From: Lingula anatina
Taxonomy: Eukaryota; Animalia; Brachiopoda
Assembly (NCBI GenBank): GCA_051362555.1
Contig: CM120641.1
Coordinates: forward strand, 1,674,001 to 1,738,000
Length of the DNA stretch: 64,000 nucleotides
Direction of reading: 5' to 3'
The notes below the pieces were generated by a model that was given only the letters and a program-made list of their open reading frames with translations, was not told the origin of the DNA and ran no database searches. Of this stretch, positions 1 to 12,519 are shown piece by piece. Within the stretch, counting starts at the first letter, position 1, and every line of letters begins with the position of its first letter. Made by a program: the position numbers and the translations under genes.

Positions 1-1121
1 AAACATTGCAAATAAATTTACAACAAAAAGAATGTGTTATGCCAACATGCTATAGATGAATAACAGTGCTTTATTTTTCTCAAACTTGGTGGGGTTATTA
101 ATATCAAGTTAATACAGCTAGATTAAAAGTTTGAATAGCAGCTTTATTGGAATTTTTTACGTTTTATTTAAAAATTTTTTTAAAATTATTTTTCAAGCAC
201 TAGCATCTTCAAGATGTGATTTTTTACTCCTATCCACCAGAAGTGCTGTGCATTTTCTGTATTTTTGTATATAATTGTTATTTCTTCAGATTTAATTCTT
301 AGGCATGTTAACAGTCTCATTATGGAACTAATAAGATATGTAAAAGTGTTGTTTTGACATTTTCTGCTTCTTAACAATATTGTTGATTATATAAAAATGA
401 CGGTAAACCTGTTATAATATTGTGCACTGTGTAATAAAGTATCATAAATGGAAAGGAACTCATCATTGCAGTTTGTCAGATTTAATCATTCACTATGTTC
501 AGCATCTGCAAATGGAGCAAATTGGACATTGAAAATTGTTCTATTGATATTTTTCCTATGTCAACAATTTTCCTAGTTGAACATTTAAAAATGACAGTTT
601 ATTGATCATTTTGTTTTAAAAAAGGTGTTGAAAATGGAAAGAAAATCATTTCAGTACAGTTATCTCTTGTTTACATTTTGGCATTTTGAAAGTGTGACTC
701 TGAACTTCCATGGCCTTGAAGACCTTCCCAAATCACATTTTCTGAATATTCATGATACTTTTATTTTTTTTATAAAAAATTTGATGGTCATTATGCTGTT
801 AAGTATTATGTTTTATTGCATGAAAGTTGAAGAAAACCCTATTTCGGACACTGCTGCCAGGATAGCGATTAAGGAAAAACCATGTTACTTACGATACTGA
901 AACTTACTGAAAAGTTTCATAAGACAGAAGTGCAGCTTGTGTTTGAAAACCAGTGTGATTGTTTTCTGTTTTGGAGGCAATGCAGGTTTATAGAGTGCTA
1001 TACTGGCATTTTCAAGTTGTGACTTATCACTCCCATCTGCCAGGAGCCCTGTACTCTTACTTTGTAACATTTTCTGTATTTTGTTAAGTTACAAGAATGA
1101 TTCTGAGGATTGACATACAGC

Positions 1122-1152
<31 letters not shown>

Positions 1153-1256
1153 AGATATTTTTTTAATGAGTTTAAGCAATTTTTTTTTTGTGTAATTTTC
1201 ACTGTACCTCATTCTGGCATTTCCAAAGTTTAACTCTTATCAGCCTGACACCTTAG

Positions 1257-1474
1257 GGACTATTTCCAGACCCTATCACGCTAACTGTGGATCGATCTAT
1301 CTCCATGGGAATTCTCGCTAAATTGCAATCAATGTAAGTGGCTTAGTTGTCTGTCACGCCTACTGAAACTGGCATGCCAGAATCCTAAGACTCTCAAACT
1401 GAAAGCAATTTAGTGAGAAACCCCTTGGAGTTGGATTGATCCTGTTAGATTGATCTAGGTATGGGAACTTAGTC
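1257..1474. mobile_element. Diverged copy of the same Harbinger MITE family, in the TMEM151 intron
   Basis: ggactatttcca...gatcgatctatctcc...cgctaaattgcaatcaa...tagtgaga...gattgatcta...gggaacttagtc|taa is collinear with subfamily 2. Confidence 0.55.
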
Positions 1475-2926
1475 TAATGCTTGATACACATTTTACTTTC
1501 ATCCTAATCCAATGTTATGCAGAATAAGAATTTGATTTTGGCTATGCAGTTACAGTAAGCATAATATATGAGTTCATCAGAATTGACAGTATCCTATTTC
1601 CTGCGTTTTTATTTTCTGGTTTTTGTCTGTACATTTGACAGCTTTGCTGCCTTGTTTTATTTATTCAGTTATTCTTTATTAATTATTTTTAAATTGCACA
1701 TCTTGCAGTCATGAGATTCATCAATTTGGCAAGAGAAAGTAAAAATTTTACTCGTGTGTAAATGACTTGACAATATTATGCTCAGTTATCACTTCACAAA
1801 TAATGCAGTTTAGTGTCTTAATATATTGCTTCTTCTGCTGATAGCAATGAAATATGTATGAGTTCATCATCCATCTTTCATGTGACATTATTGATAATTA
1901 AACTTAATTAATTGCCCCATAAGTGACAAGGTTTCAGTATTTTACCAAATCTACATTTCACTTGATTAAAAATTGCCCTATACATTAGTTTAACTCTCAA
2001 TTTAGAAGCTGCTTCCTCAAACAATAGCTAGTCTAGCTTTTTCATCACAATGGCGAGATTTTATTGACAATTAATGAAGCAACAGTATACGCAACCTTTT
2101 ACAGCGACAGGAATTAGCTTTCAGACCGTAAGTAAGTTAAGTAATTATCAAGGGAACAAGAAGCATAATCAATCCAAATAATAGGCAATTAATGGTCATA
2201 CCCTTGTATTTACCACCAGAAAGGGGCGTGATGTTGTCCCCAATTAATGCTGTGTTGGAGTTTCACTGAATACACATATATACATTAGGAGACCATATTG
2301 ACTAGTCAGTGTAACAGTGGTAGCCAGGGTGAAGTGAGCAATGCTCTGTGAAAAGTCATCATAATGTGTGTGGTAGGTAATGCCTTCATCCGATGTCTGT
2401 GCTCAGTGTACCCAATACAATTTTTATATTTTTACCTGGTGATTATTTATTTTGAAGGGCAATTTGATCTTATCAATATTATTATCTTATCATTAATTTA
2501 ATTGTGACCAGTTGTAGCATTATTATTAAGGTTTTATTTGCAAAATTGTTGGCCTGGTTAGAGTTTAGATATAGACTTAAGTACATTATGAAATTGCCAG
2601 AAGTAACTTGGCTTGGCTACTTATGAAGTAACTTGGCTAGGAAAAACCTGACTGTGCTTCAAAAGTAAATTTTGCAGGTGCTTGTAAATGTAGTTAATGA
2701 ATATAAAATAGATGGTAAAATGAGAAGTTAGCAATTCAAATGAAATTTGCATGGAAATATATCTGCATGAGTCCAAGTATTATTTCCTGGATTAAAGTAA
2801 ATCTGCATTTCAAAAGTTTTTGATTATTTTCATTTTTAATTTTTTTTTGACAGTTTACTTGAGAAACAGTTACATGGCAAAAATACATGATTTTAGATTA
2901 GATTTAAAGCATATAGGTGGTTAATT

Positions 2927-3121
2927 TCATTGATTTATTCTGAAAACAAAGCAAATTCAGTTTGAAACACACTTTTATTTAACCAGCTAAATCATTGATT
3001 TATTCATAAAACAATACACATTCAGTTTGAAACACACTTTTATTTAACCAGCTAAATCATTGATTTATTCATAAAACAATACAAATTCAGTTTGAAACAC
3101 ACTTTTATTTGACCAGCTAAT
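2927..3121 (+). repeat. 65-bp tandem repeat x3 just upstream of the TMEM151 acceptor
   Basis: tcattgatttattc...ttcagtttgaaacacacttttattt(a/g)accagctaa starts at 2927, 2992 and 3057. Confidence 0.9.
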
Positions 3122-3169
3122 TGGAATAACCAACTTAATCTGGTCCTTAATTTTCATTTTTATTTTCAG

Positions 3170-5386
3170 CAACACCCAGTCAAGTTAAACTTCTGCGAAT
3201 CCATTCGTCGCAACACCCACTGGAAATGCTTCATCCTAACGCTGTTGATCAGCGGCTGCCTGACCGCCATTTTGTGGTGCCGACTATCGTCAAACACCCA
3301 GCAGCCTTCCACCAACCTCGGCCAAGTTTATGTTATCCAACTGTATCAGACCAATCCCTGTGATGATGGTTACGTCTATATTCCTGTTGCCTTTGTAGTT
3401 ATGCTGTACCTTGTCTACCTCGTGGAATGCTGGCACTGCCACACAAGGCTTGAATTACGTGGACGCTCTGATGTGAATACAGTCTATGAAAAGATCCAAG
3501 CAATGCGGGAAGCCTTTCCTGTTGTGTGGTGGAAATCTGTATGCTACCATTATGTCAGGCGAACGAGGCAAGTGACCAGATACCGTAATGGAGATGCCTT
3601 CACTAGCACCCAGGTCTATTATGAAAGGGTGAATTCCCACACAGCTGGATCAGCTTATAATTTTCTAAATGCAGGTGTGAAAGATATGTCAAGAACTCTC
3701 GTAGGACTGGAGAATTACTCAGCCATAAAAATCAGATTCACCAAAGGGTTTTCATTTGCGTGCCCAGAAGCAGAGGCAGAATTTGAACAGCAAAGAATTG
3801 AATTTTTTCAGGAAAATGAGAGTCGAGATGATTACATGGAAACTAAAGAAGGATTAGACTTGCTTAATGCCAACTTCAGAGACTATGTGATTACCTTTGG
3901 GAATCCACAACGCCTGCCTTGGTACATTTCCCACATTGTTTTTTGGTTCAGCTCGTTAATGCTTCTTTCATGGCCTTTAAGAGTGATAATACAATACAAA
4001 ACTGCCTATGTCCATTATCATGTCCATAAACTATTTGGTATCAACTATTTAAATGTCAGCTGTGCCTCCTGTCAGGTGACAAGAAGTTCTACAGCTTACA
4101 GTATAGAGTTGGAGGCAGCTATAAAGCAAAACTACACTTTGGTTCCTAGTTACTCAGAGGCTCTCCTAATGGAGTATACTCGAGATGCCAACAGTAACAT
4201 TGCCACTGCCTTAACCCCAACAAGTGTCAATGGACATGTGGTTTTCCCACAGTTAATTGGACGATCTTCATCTAAGCCTTTTAATTTAGTGTTTTGGGAC
4301 AAAGAAAATAATAACGATGAGTCAGAAAATGCGACACCTCCTAGTAGGACGTCATCCATTGCCAATTTCTTCAATCAGTTAAGGTCTGGTTTATTTTCCA
4401 CTGGTGGTGCTTCTAGAATTAGCAAGAAAAGTAAGGGGAACAGAACTTTCTTCCCAATGTCAGTCTCTGCGTCAAATTTTCAGGAATTTGCCAAAAAAGT
4501 TTTAAAACCCACTGGAAAAAGACTTAGAGGGGTTTGCCAATCAAGAAGTTACAATGCGAGGCTCCCAACAGCTCCCAAAGCACCAGATGGCAGTAAAGAT
4601 TCCTGCGGCAAAGCAGGCAATCCTCAAATGACTGAAAAAAACTCTTCTCAGGCTCAGGTGTTACCTCGAAATGTTGTCAGTGCTATGAATAATAATTACT
4701 TAAGTAAAAGCCAGGAGCAACAAAAAGATGAGAGTAATGACAGAAAAGTGAACAGATGTGCCTTAGAGCAAAAAAGTAATAGTGATTCAAAATCTACTGA
4801 GTGGCCCATCCCAGCAGATATGAATGCAAATCGAGTTGCTTCCATTTATACGGCAAATACAGCATCATCTAGTGTTCAGTGTAGGAGTGAAAATTTAGAT
4901 GGTGGTAACAAAGTCAGCAACTTTTTTCGACATTCCGCCATAGCTGACACAGCACAGAAATGCAGTCTTCCCACACAAATACCTGTTAAACCTACCAACA
5001 CCACATCACTTCAACAGTCTGATATGATGAACAACATGCCCCATGAAAACCTGATGCAAAACACTCATAATGTTTCAAATACAAATGATGGTACAAGTTT
5101 GGCACAGAGTTTATTGACTAGTGCGACCCCTAGTGAATCCCCGCCATCTTATGAAAATGCCCTCTCCATGAGACCTGCCCCTGCTCCCACCCCCGCCCCC
5201 ACTGTCGCTTCCCCATCCCAAGATGCACAAATATCAAACAAAAGACTTTGTCAGTTTTGCCATAGCTCTCCAGTACCAGTGAGATTACTGCAGGCAAGGC
5301 AGAGTGGAGCTGTCACTGAGAATGCAGACCAACTTGAAGAAACTGACGACCAAAATGATATTAACATCCTTGAAACAACAATTTAG
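3170..5386 (+). CDS. TMEM151B: TMEM151 family transmembrane protein, large terminal coding exon (the upstream exon with the start codon was not located)
   Basis: Acceptor ttttcatttttattttcag|CAA at 3169/3170 opens QHPVKLNFCESIRRNTHWKCFILTLLI, in frame with the 713-aa ORF. TMEM151 hallmarks: PCDDGYVYIPVAFVVMLYLVYLVECWHC, WWKSVCYHYVRRTRQVTRYRNGDAFTSTQVYYERVNSH, DDYMETKEG, LLSWPLRV, KLFG, VPSYSEAL. A/B paralog naming is not resolvable. Confidence 0.93.
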   Translation, partial: QHPVKLNFCESIRRNTHWKCFILTLLISGCLTAILWCRLSSNTQQPSTNLGQVYVIQLYQTNPCDDGYVYIPVAFVVMLYLVYLVECWHCHTRLELRGRSDVNTVYEKIQAMREAFPVVWWKSVCYHYVRRTRQVTRYRNGDAFTSTQVYYERVNSHTAGSAYNFLNAGVKDMSRTLVGLENYSAIKIRFTKGFSFACPEAEAEFEQQRIEFFQENESRDDYMETKEGLDLLNANFRDYVITFGNPQRLPWYISHIVFWFSSLMLLSWPLRVIIQYKTAYVHYHVHKLFGINYLNVSCASCQVTRSSTAYSIELEAAIKQNYTLVPSYSEALLMEYTRDANSNIATALTPTSVNGHVVFPQLIGRSSSKPFNLVFWDKENNNDESENATPPSRTSSIANFFNQLRSGLFSTGGASRISKKSKGNRTFFPMSVSASNFQEFAKKVLKPTGKRLRGVCQSRSYNARLPTAPKAPDGSKDSCGKAGNPQMTEKNSSQAQVLPRNVVSAMNNNYLSKSQEQQKDESNDRKVNRCALEQKSNSDSKSTEWPIPADMNANRVASIYTANTASSSVQCRSENLDGGNKVSNFFRHSAIADTAQKCSLPTQIPVKPTNTTSLQQSDMMNNMPHENLMQNTHNVSNTNDGTSLAQSLLTSATPSESPPSYENALSMRPAPAPTPAPTVASPSQDAQISNKRLCQFCHSSPVPVRLLQARQSGAVTENADQLEETDDQNDINILETTI

Positions 5387-7173
5387 TTTTAAATTAAAAA
5401 ACAAAAAAACTTATGTATGTTTTAGTTTTTTTATTAAAACAATTGCTAAGTAATTCATATGAAGTTCTTCATGAGACAATATTTTAAAACAGTATTTAAA
5501 AATACTTTTATGGCAACTTGAAAAAGAGGGATTGATACTCAGTTGAACTCTTTCATATTCAGTACTGATATCATCTGTTTTTGGTAACTCTATTGATCTT
5601 TGAGTGTTCTGCAATCAGTATACTATACATAACTTAGGCAACTTCAAAGCTAAACAGTACACATATTCCAGTCAACTATAGTGTGTTCTTTTTATAAGAC
5701 GGGTCTGTCAAATCAATACTATGAATGTTCATCAAAAGTACAAATTCTGATATTGATCTAGAACCAATTAAAGCTTCTTCCAGATGGGAATGCAATTAGC
5801 TCCAACTTGGCTAGTTTAGATAATTAAGATTAAAGTGAACAATCTTTGCATCAAAATTAGCCAAATACTCCACATTTCAGATAACAAATATTCCCCTATG
5901 CTCTGAATATGATCCTGGTATATTTGTTTGGAAAAGGTCACATGCAATAAAGGTTACTTTGTTGTTAAATGTGGGGAAAATATGACACCGGAAATTTTGA
6001 TACAGCTATCATGCATAATTGTAGTTTGAAAACTATGGTTCGCATGTGTATCCAGTGCAATTAGCTGTGATCAATTGCCTATTGTGTGTTAGCAGTATTA
6101 CCATCAATTGAATATCTGTTCATTAGCTCTGAAACAGGATAGTGAAAATTGCCTAACTTTGGCATGGCAAATGCAGTTAATGTAAAGTGAATTAAGATTA
6201 TGGATTTGCATTAGTTTAATTTGGTGCGTATTTAGAACTATGGAGTGTGCTCAATCACGGTAATGGCGTGTACATAACGCTGACATGTGTTATGTCAGGG
6301 AAGTAAAAAAGGAACATGACACATTAAATATGTCATTCTTGTTTATCAGAAAAGTAAAGTAAGACCCCAAGTAATGTGTCTGTGACTACTAAGCCAGTGA
6401 GACTCAAACTGCAATTACTTAAAAGCAGTGATACACTGCAGCTTGTTAACAGTCCCACCTTTTTGATTTTCAATCCAATTTTTTTCTTCATGCTCCAGAT
6501 ATTTTTCATGTTGTGTTTAGATTTATTCTCAGCTGATTAACTGTATAGACTTAAAGATATAAACAGGTTTTGATCAAAAGTCAGTAGAATTTAACCTACC
6601 ACTGGACACTGCTTCTAATGCCTGACAAATTAACTGCCTACCTAATATTTAACTTAACACATTTTATTCTACCCAAAGCCTGTGGAAAAGTTAAAGCGTA
6701 AACAACACATTTCCTATCATTTCAAGGACTTGTGAGATTTTGCTGATGGCACTGTGTGATGTTTTGATGTGGAAAAATTGACTTCATCCTAAGTGCTCTC
6801 CCTGTTAACTTACTGTTTGTGTCTTTTAAATGATTATATACATATGTCAGTTTACTTATTTATAGTTTAGTTTTTGAACTAAATAAATGCATATTCTGCT
6901 AAGTTTTGTTACTTTTTACTATTTTTTAAATTGGTAAATATAGATTCATTTTATTGTTTTTTTTTTCTGTTATTTTGCTTGTCCTGCTTTATGAAGGGGA
7001 TCAAAGTGCTTTTGAAATGGATTTTTTTTCTTTTCGATGTGATAAATCCACAAATATTAACCCATTTTCTAAAATGTGTGCATAGCAGATTCTGATGAAA
7101 AAGTAGAGTACTTGGTATTGTTTGTGTTTTGTTCCCACAATATCTACAAACAACATGTTGGGTTGATTGCTAA

Positions 7174-7390
7174 GGGCTCATTTCCATTGAAACTATTGGT
7201 CTATGTAGATTGATTTTACTCTGCTGAATGCAATCAGTTTAACAGATTAACATGACCACTTGCTTTCAATGTACTCGTATAATCACCAGCTTTTCTGTAT
7301 TCTACTCTACACAAGGAGGTTGCATTCAGCAAGTGTCTCCTCAGAGTTGATCGATCTACGAAGACTGATATTTCCAATGGGAATGAGCCC
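7174..7390. mobile_element. PIF/Harbinger (Tourist-like) MITE, subfamily 1
   Basis: TIRs GGGCTCATTTCCATTG / CAATGGGAATGAGCCC with TAA on both flanks; internal GATCGATCTA motif. Confidence 0.75.
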
Positions 7391-8500
7391 TAAATATATC
7401 ACCTACAAACAGAGAAGATAATCTCAAAAGGCAAGCAAATTTCTGGACAAAAAATGTCCCTTGGAGGTGCTAAATATTATTGGGTTAGCATTTTTTCATA
7501 TCTTTTTCTCCTGTAGGGTACCAAATGTGCATAACTATCTTTATTTTTGTATAATTTCATTTTCTATCTGACATTGGGTTAGGGAAAAGGGAAAGAAGGA
7601 TTTTGTTTCTTTTAGTTTGGGGGGGGGGGGGGGTACAGATAGGAGCCCTGCACACCCCAGATCTTGTCACATGTGCCACTCCATAATAGAGATCGTTAAC
7701 GGATTTTGTTCCCTCACTGAACAGCAGTAAAAGATATACATCTTTAATGGACCATGATTAGCAACGTACCCTCCAGGAACATGAGCAGAAAATATTTTGT
7801 CCGTTTTCTTCCATCATACTAGTTTTGTTTATTGGTTGCATTTCCAATTCAAAAATTCATTATCTGAGAAAATGAGTGGGCCATGACAAATGTCTCCCAA
7901 AGGAGTGATTAGAAGAGTAAAACAAAATGAAAATGCTAAAAGTGTGAAAACTGATTAGATCAATAAACAAAAATTCAGCTGTGAGCAAATGAATCAATGA
8001 TCTTGGGAGATTAAAATAATTGGAAATAGTGATAATGCATAGAAAAAGAAAAAAGATATCGATGATGTCATGCTTCCAATGTCAGTCAAACAACAATTTA
8101 AAGGAATGAATATTTCATGATGCTTTATTATATTCACTAATGACATGATTTCATCAAGCTCATGATCACAATCAGATCAAACTGTTTCTTATTATGTACA
8201 CATCACAGTTCAAATATTTATAGTAAAAGAACATTTCATGACACTCAAGTACTTTTAAACAGTAGTTTATTTTATAATATGCATAAGATATTTGATATAT
8301 TACGACCCTGTGCTATTATATATAAGTTTTCAAATGAAGCATCTCTTGGGTCTTGGTTTTATTCCATGATCAATAAATGGGTTTGTCTGATTTATCCCTC
8401 ATCCTAAAATGTTCACTTATCCCTTAATCTCCAAGTACATTTATTTATTTATCCTTTAGCGTTCAATTTTCATAGTCTCATTTCCCAGTCCGATTGGCGT

Positions 8501-11500
8501 TTACTTCTTGGAGTTTACTTCATTCATGTTTTTTTCTTTGGACTCTCTCTCCTTGTCTTGGCTTTTGGCCAGAATTTGGTTGATGATAAATTCAGATTCC
8601 TGGCCACACTGAGTAAACCTGAGGTCCATGTGGGTTATGGTGTTGTTTTCTTCCATGCCCTCCTGGAGCTGCTTGCCACCATCCTGGATAGAGAATATAA
8701 TAAACAGTTGAAATGTTATCTAGTGAGTTTTATTCTTTTCACTCAAACAGAAATGCAGATGCAAGCTAATTAACTCACTTATGTTTCATTTTGAACACTT
8801 CAAGATTTTGAAGCAAAGTAGAAAATAACAACTGCAACTAAGAAAAGAGGCATGTTTTCAATAAAGTTGCATAAATTTGCTGAAGAGTGAGTATTTAAGG
8901 TCTTTATAATTATACAATTTATATTTTAGTGATGTATCTGCACCAGTACACTGAGAGTTTGACAACTTGACAGCCTAATTCTCACATAAGAGAGTCCCCT
9001 AAATGGGGCCCCCAGAAGAGGGGGGGGGGCATAAATACAGCACCTAAGAATTCCAATTTCCACATAAATCCAGGAGACTCATCTCTATTTACAGTTCAAA
9101 CACATTTTCTAGCAATTTGTGGTGGAAGAGATGTCACCACCCTTGAGACAAGCTGCCTGATCAAAGTGTGTACTGAATTACTGAAACAGGCTTAAATACA
9201 CAGATATCATACAACAAGTTCCATTGGTGCACCAAATCAATACTAATTCATTTTGCTAGGAAACTAACCTCAAAACTGAACACTCTTGTAGAAAAGCTAC
9301 ATCTCAAGAGAGACTTTTTTTTAGAAATCTAGTGCCGAACTGTCAAACAATATTGATGCAATTTGCTAAATATATTGTCCAAAACACACAGAAACACAAT
9401 GAAATCAAAGACTTCCCCTGGTCTGATGGCAGAGTAATAAAATTCACACATGAGAATTCACACATGAAATTGTCACATCAAAATGATTGATGAAACGAAG
9501 ATCTTTTCGACAATTAATTTTTTGTTCTTTATGGGAAATATTTATTAGGCTGTGCATCAATTGTGAAGGGCAGGAAATGAATACAAACACCACTAGCTGC
9601 TACTGGGTGCAGAGTGGAGGCTCATTCCCAATGAAACTATCGTTCTACGTAGATCGATCCAACTATGTGGGGACTCCTGCTGAATGCAATCAAATTAACA
9701 TATTTCCAACATACTATTATAATCATTAACTTTTCTGTATTCTACTCTATACCAGGAGGAAGTGTGTTTATCTCTTAATCTGACTGCATTCAGAGTTGGA
9801 TTGATCTAAGAAGACCCATAGTTTCATTGGGAATAAGCCCCAAGAGAGTCTCTGGCAGAGCCAGTATATCACAATGGGGCGGGTTGGGGGGGGGGGGGGG
9901 TCTTTGCCTCTGTCCTTATATAGATCTGCTTATGAGCACAAATATATGCAAATGATGATGGCAAAAAGGCTAGGTGAGGGGTTAATAAATGAGATGTGAC
10001 CTAGGTGTGAAAGCATACTTTTAGATTTCTGTTACTTGAGGCAAGGTGTTGCATGGAGTGTAATTCAAATCTTTTTTATCTATTTACTTTCTTTGGCTAT
10101 GATAAATTGATGGCTTTTGTGTGTTTCCTTGTGTATATATGCAAGACTATTTGTAGTAATACATAGTAGAAAGAAAAGGGTGCTGGGATAAGAAAGAAAA
10201 TGAAACGAAAAATCAGAAAAATAATTTTCAAACAATAAGTCCACAAGCTCCAAGCACATTTCACAAATACAATGACATTTGTATATGCCTCCCCAACCAA
10301 AATAATGACAATAATAATAATAGCAATAATAATAAATAAATATTAATAACAACTTTGCCTCCAATATCTCAATGTGCAAACCCTACTTACAGCCCCCAGT
10401 TTATTGCAGGAGAGATCCAGGGACTTGATGGTTGTATTCTGGATGACGACCTGTGCCAGCACAGCCGCTGTAGGCTCTGTCATATCATTAGTACTCAGGT
10501 TGATTTCCTTCAGCGTGGAATTCTTCATCAAGGATCTACACACAGCCTGTCCTCCTTCATCCCCAAGGCGGTTCAGACGCAAGTTCAGACTGTGAAGTGT
10601 GGTATTCTTGGTCAAGGCATGAGCAATGGCCTGAGCGCCAGCAGCTCTTATCTGATTATCACACAAGTTCAGAATCTTTAACTGGCTGTGGTTGTTGATA
10701 AACTTGCCCACAGCACGAGCCCCTCTATCCCCAATGATATTATGTGACAAGTCCAGTTCCTCTAAAGACGGATGGTCAAGAATGTGACTGATCAACACAC
10801 GGACACGGTCATCATCAACCTTACTCCTGTGTAGACATAACACCTTGAGGGTCTTACAAGCAGCGATACACTTTGATAACAGCAGGCAATCCCTTGCTGT
10901 GAACTGAAATAAATTCCAGTCAAAGTTCATGCCACAGTCTCGGACTCCATATGTTACCCTAAACTCTTCCAGCAAGGGCAGTTTCTGGAGGACTGGTCCA
11001 AAATCAAAATGGTCTGTCTCAGGGCCATCCCCAGCCTCACTCCCAGCATCAGAGACATCATCGTCAAACCCTTTTGGCGCCTCTTTTACAGGAGGTAGCA
11101 GTTGACGAATGTCTAACTTTTTCACAAAATTTGCAGAAAGCGGAAGAGTGCTGTCCAACTCTTCTGGGTCCGTGTTTTCTGGAACAAAGTGTTCGATGAT
11201 ATCCTGCAAGTTACGCTCAAAGTACATTCTTTTCCAGTTGTTCCCATAGGCAGATACATCGCAGATGGCCCATCTAGCCTTGCAGCAGCGTTTCCAGTAA
11301 CCTTCATCCTCCACCAGATTTGATGTGACTTTCAAGGGCAAGTCTGTTGAAATTTTCTCAAGCACTTTTGTTTTATGCTTTGGCAGTAGCTTGTCAAGGA
11401 TTTTGGAGTTATCTGGAATATACATATAATTTTAAAAATATATCAGAAAAATTGAAAAGAAACTATCTGAATACTACATAAAATAAAGTGAACAGTTAAA

Positions 11501-12150
11501 AACACATTCTGAGTGCTTTAGGTGATATCTTAATCAGCCATGATTGTGTTGGTGAGCAAACTGAAACTGTAAATTGTAAGATACTGAGTAGAACATATTC
11601 TAGGGGAATTTCCTGGGAATTTATTATTGTGGTTGTAAACACTACCCATATCGTGAGTTTTATATAGATAAACCTTAAATCTTTACAGAGTTGCACTTAC
11701 TGGAGAAGGCTAATGTCTAATAAAATAGAACAATTCTAAGTCAGTGAGCCTATATCTCTTGCATCGATATCAGAGGCATTTTATATTCTTTTACAACCTG
11801 AGGAAGAAAATGAGATGAAATTCAACACATCTACACTACTTACATTCAAAGTTTCCCACTATATGTTTGATACATAGCTCCCACAACATAGGGACAGTAG
11901 CCAGGGACCATTCAGGATCTTCAGCAATGATCCTTCTCATGTTCCTCATGTCAGCTGCAGGGTTATCTTTAGCCGACGTGATGGGAGATGGTATCCTTCC
12001 TTTCTGGCTGCCATTGCTTTTCTGGCTTCTCTGAGATTTGGCGGAGCCAGCTCTTGAACCTGCTGGACTTTTTGCGTCTTTTTCGCTTTTCTTGTCCTCA
12101 CCTCCTCCATTCTCTACATTTTCTTTATTCTCTGTCAATGGGGGGTCCAT
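8501..12150 (-). CDS. TCTE1: Dynein regulatory complex subunit 5 (T-complex-associated testis-expressed protein 1), LRR protein, ~503 aa
   Basis: Three exons join in frame with GT-AG: 12150-11844 (MDPPL...MRRIIAEDPEWSLATVPML), 11412-10391 (EGYWKRCC, WKRMYFER, YGVRDCGMNFDWNLFQFT, RNI-like LRRs) and 8683-8501 (DGGKQLQEGMEENNTITHMDLRFTQCGQESEFIINQIL...SKK*). An acceptor ~16 nt upstream of the ATG implies a non-coding first exon. Confidence 0.93.
9617..9841. mobile_element. PIF/Harbinger MITE, subfamily 1, in a TCTE1 intron
   Basis: TIRs GGCTCATTCCCAATGAAACTAT / ATAGTTTCATTGGGAATAAGCC; interior similar to 7174-7390. Confidence 0.7.
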
Positions 12151-12304
12151 TTTGACTATTACAAACCTAAAAATAAATCACAATAAAAAGCATGAGAATG
12201 CGGTTTGCTTAAGATGTAAAGGTTATAAAATTGGGGATATATATCTACTGTTGATGATTTGGAAAATGTTGTTCTTTAAATCATGTGAATGCAGTGGGGG
12301 ATAA

Positions 12305-12519
12305 GACCCCATTTCCAGAGATTAGATCGATCTACTTTAGATCGACCTAACTCCCTGGGGGTTCACGCTAAATAGCTGTCAGTCGAGCGGACACGAAAGT
12401 TAATTACCCCCTTACAGCTTGTAGTAGGCTGGACAGACATTTAAGCCAGATTATCTGACAGTAATCTAGTGAGACTCCCCACGGGGATAGATCGATCTAA
12501 AAGCTCTGGGAATACAGCC
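12305..12519. mobile_element. PIF/Harbinger MITE, subfamily 2
   Basis: TAA target duplication; imperfect TIRs GACCCCATTTCCAGAG..TAGATCGATC / GATCGATCTA..CTCTGGGAATACAGCC; close copy at 33948-34154. Confidence 0.72.

Noticed and set aside
10080-11307. Several ORFs overlapping TCTE1 exon 2, and ORFs antisense to TMEM151, RPAP1 and the GPCR
   Set aside because: Alternative-frame or antisense by-products with no recognisable motifs or splice support.
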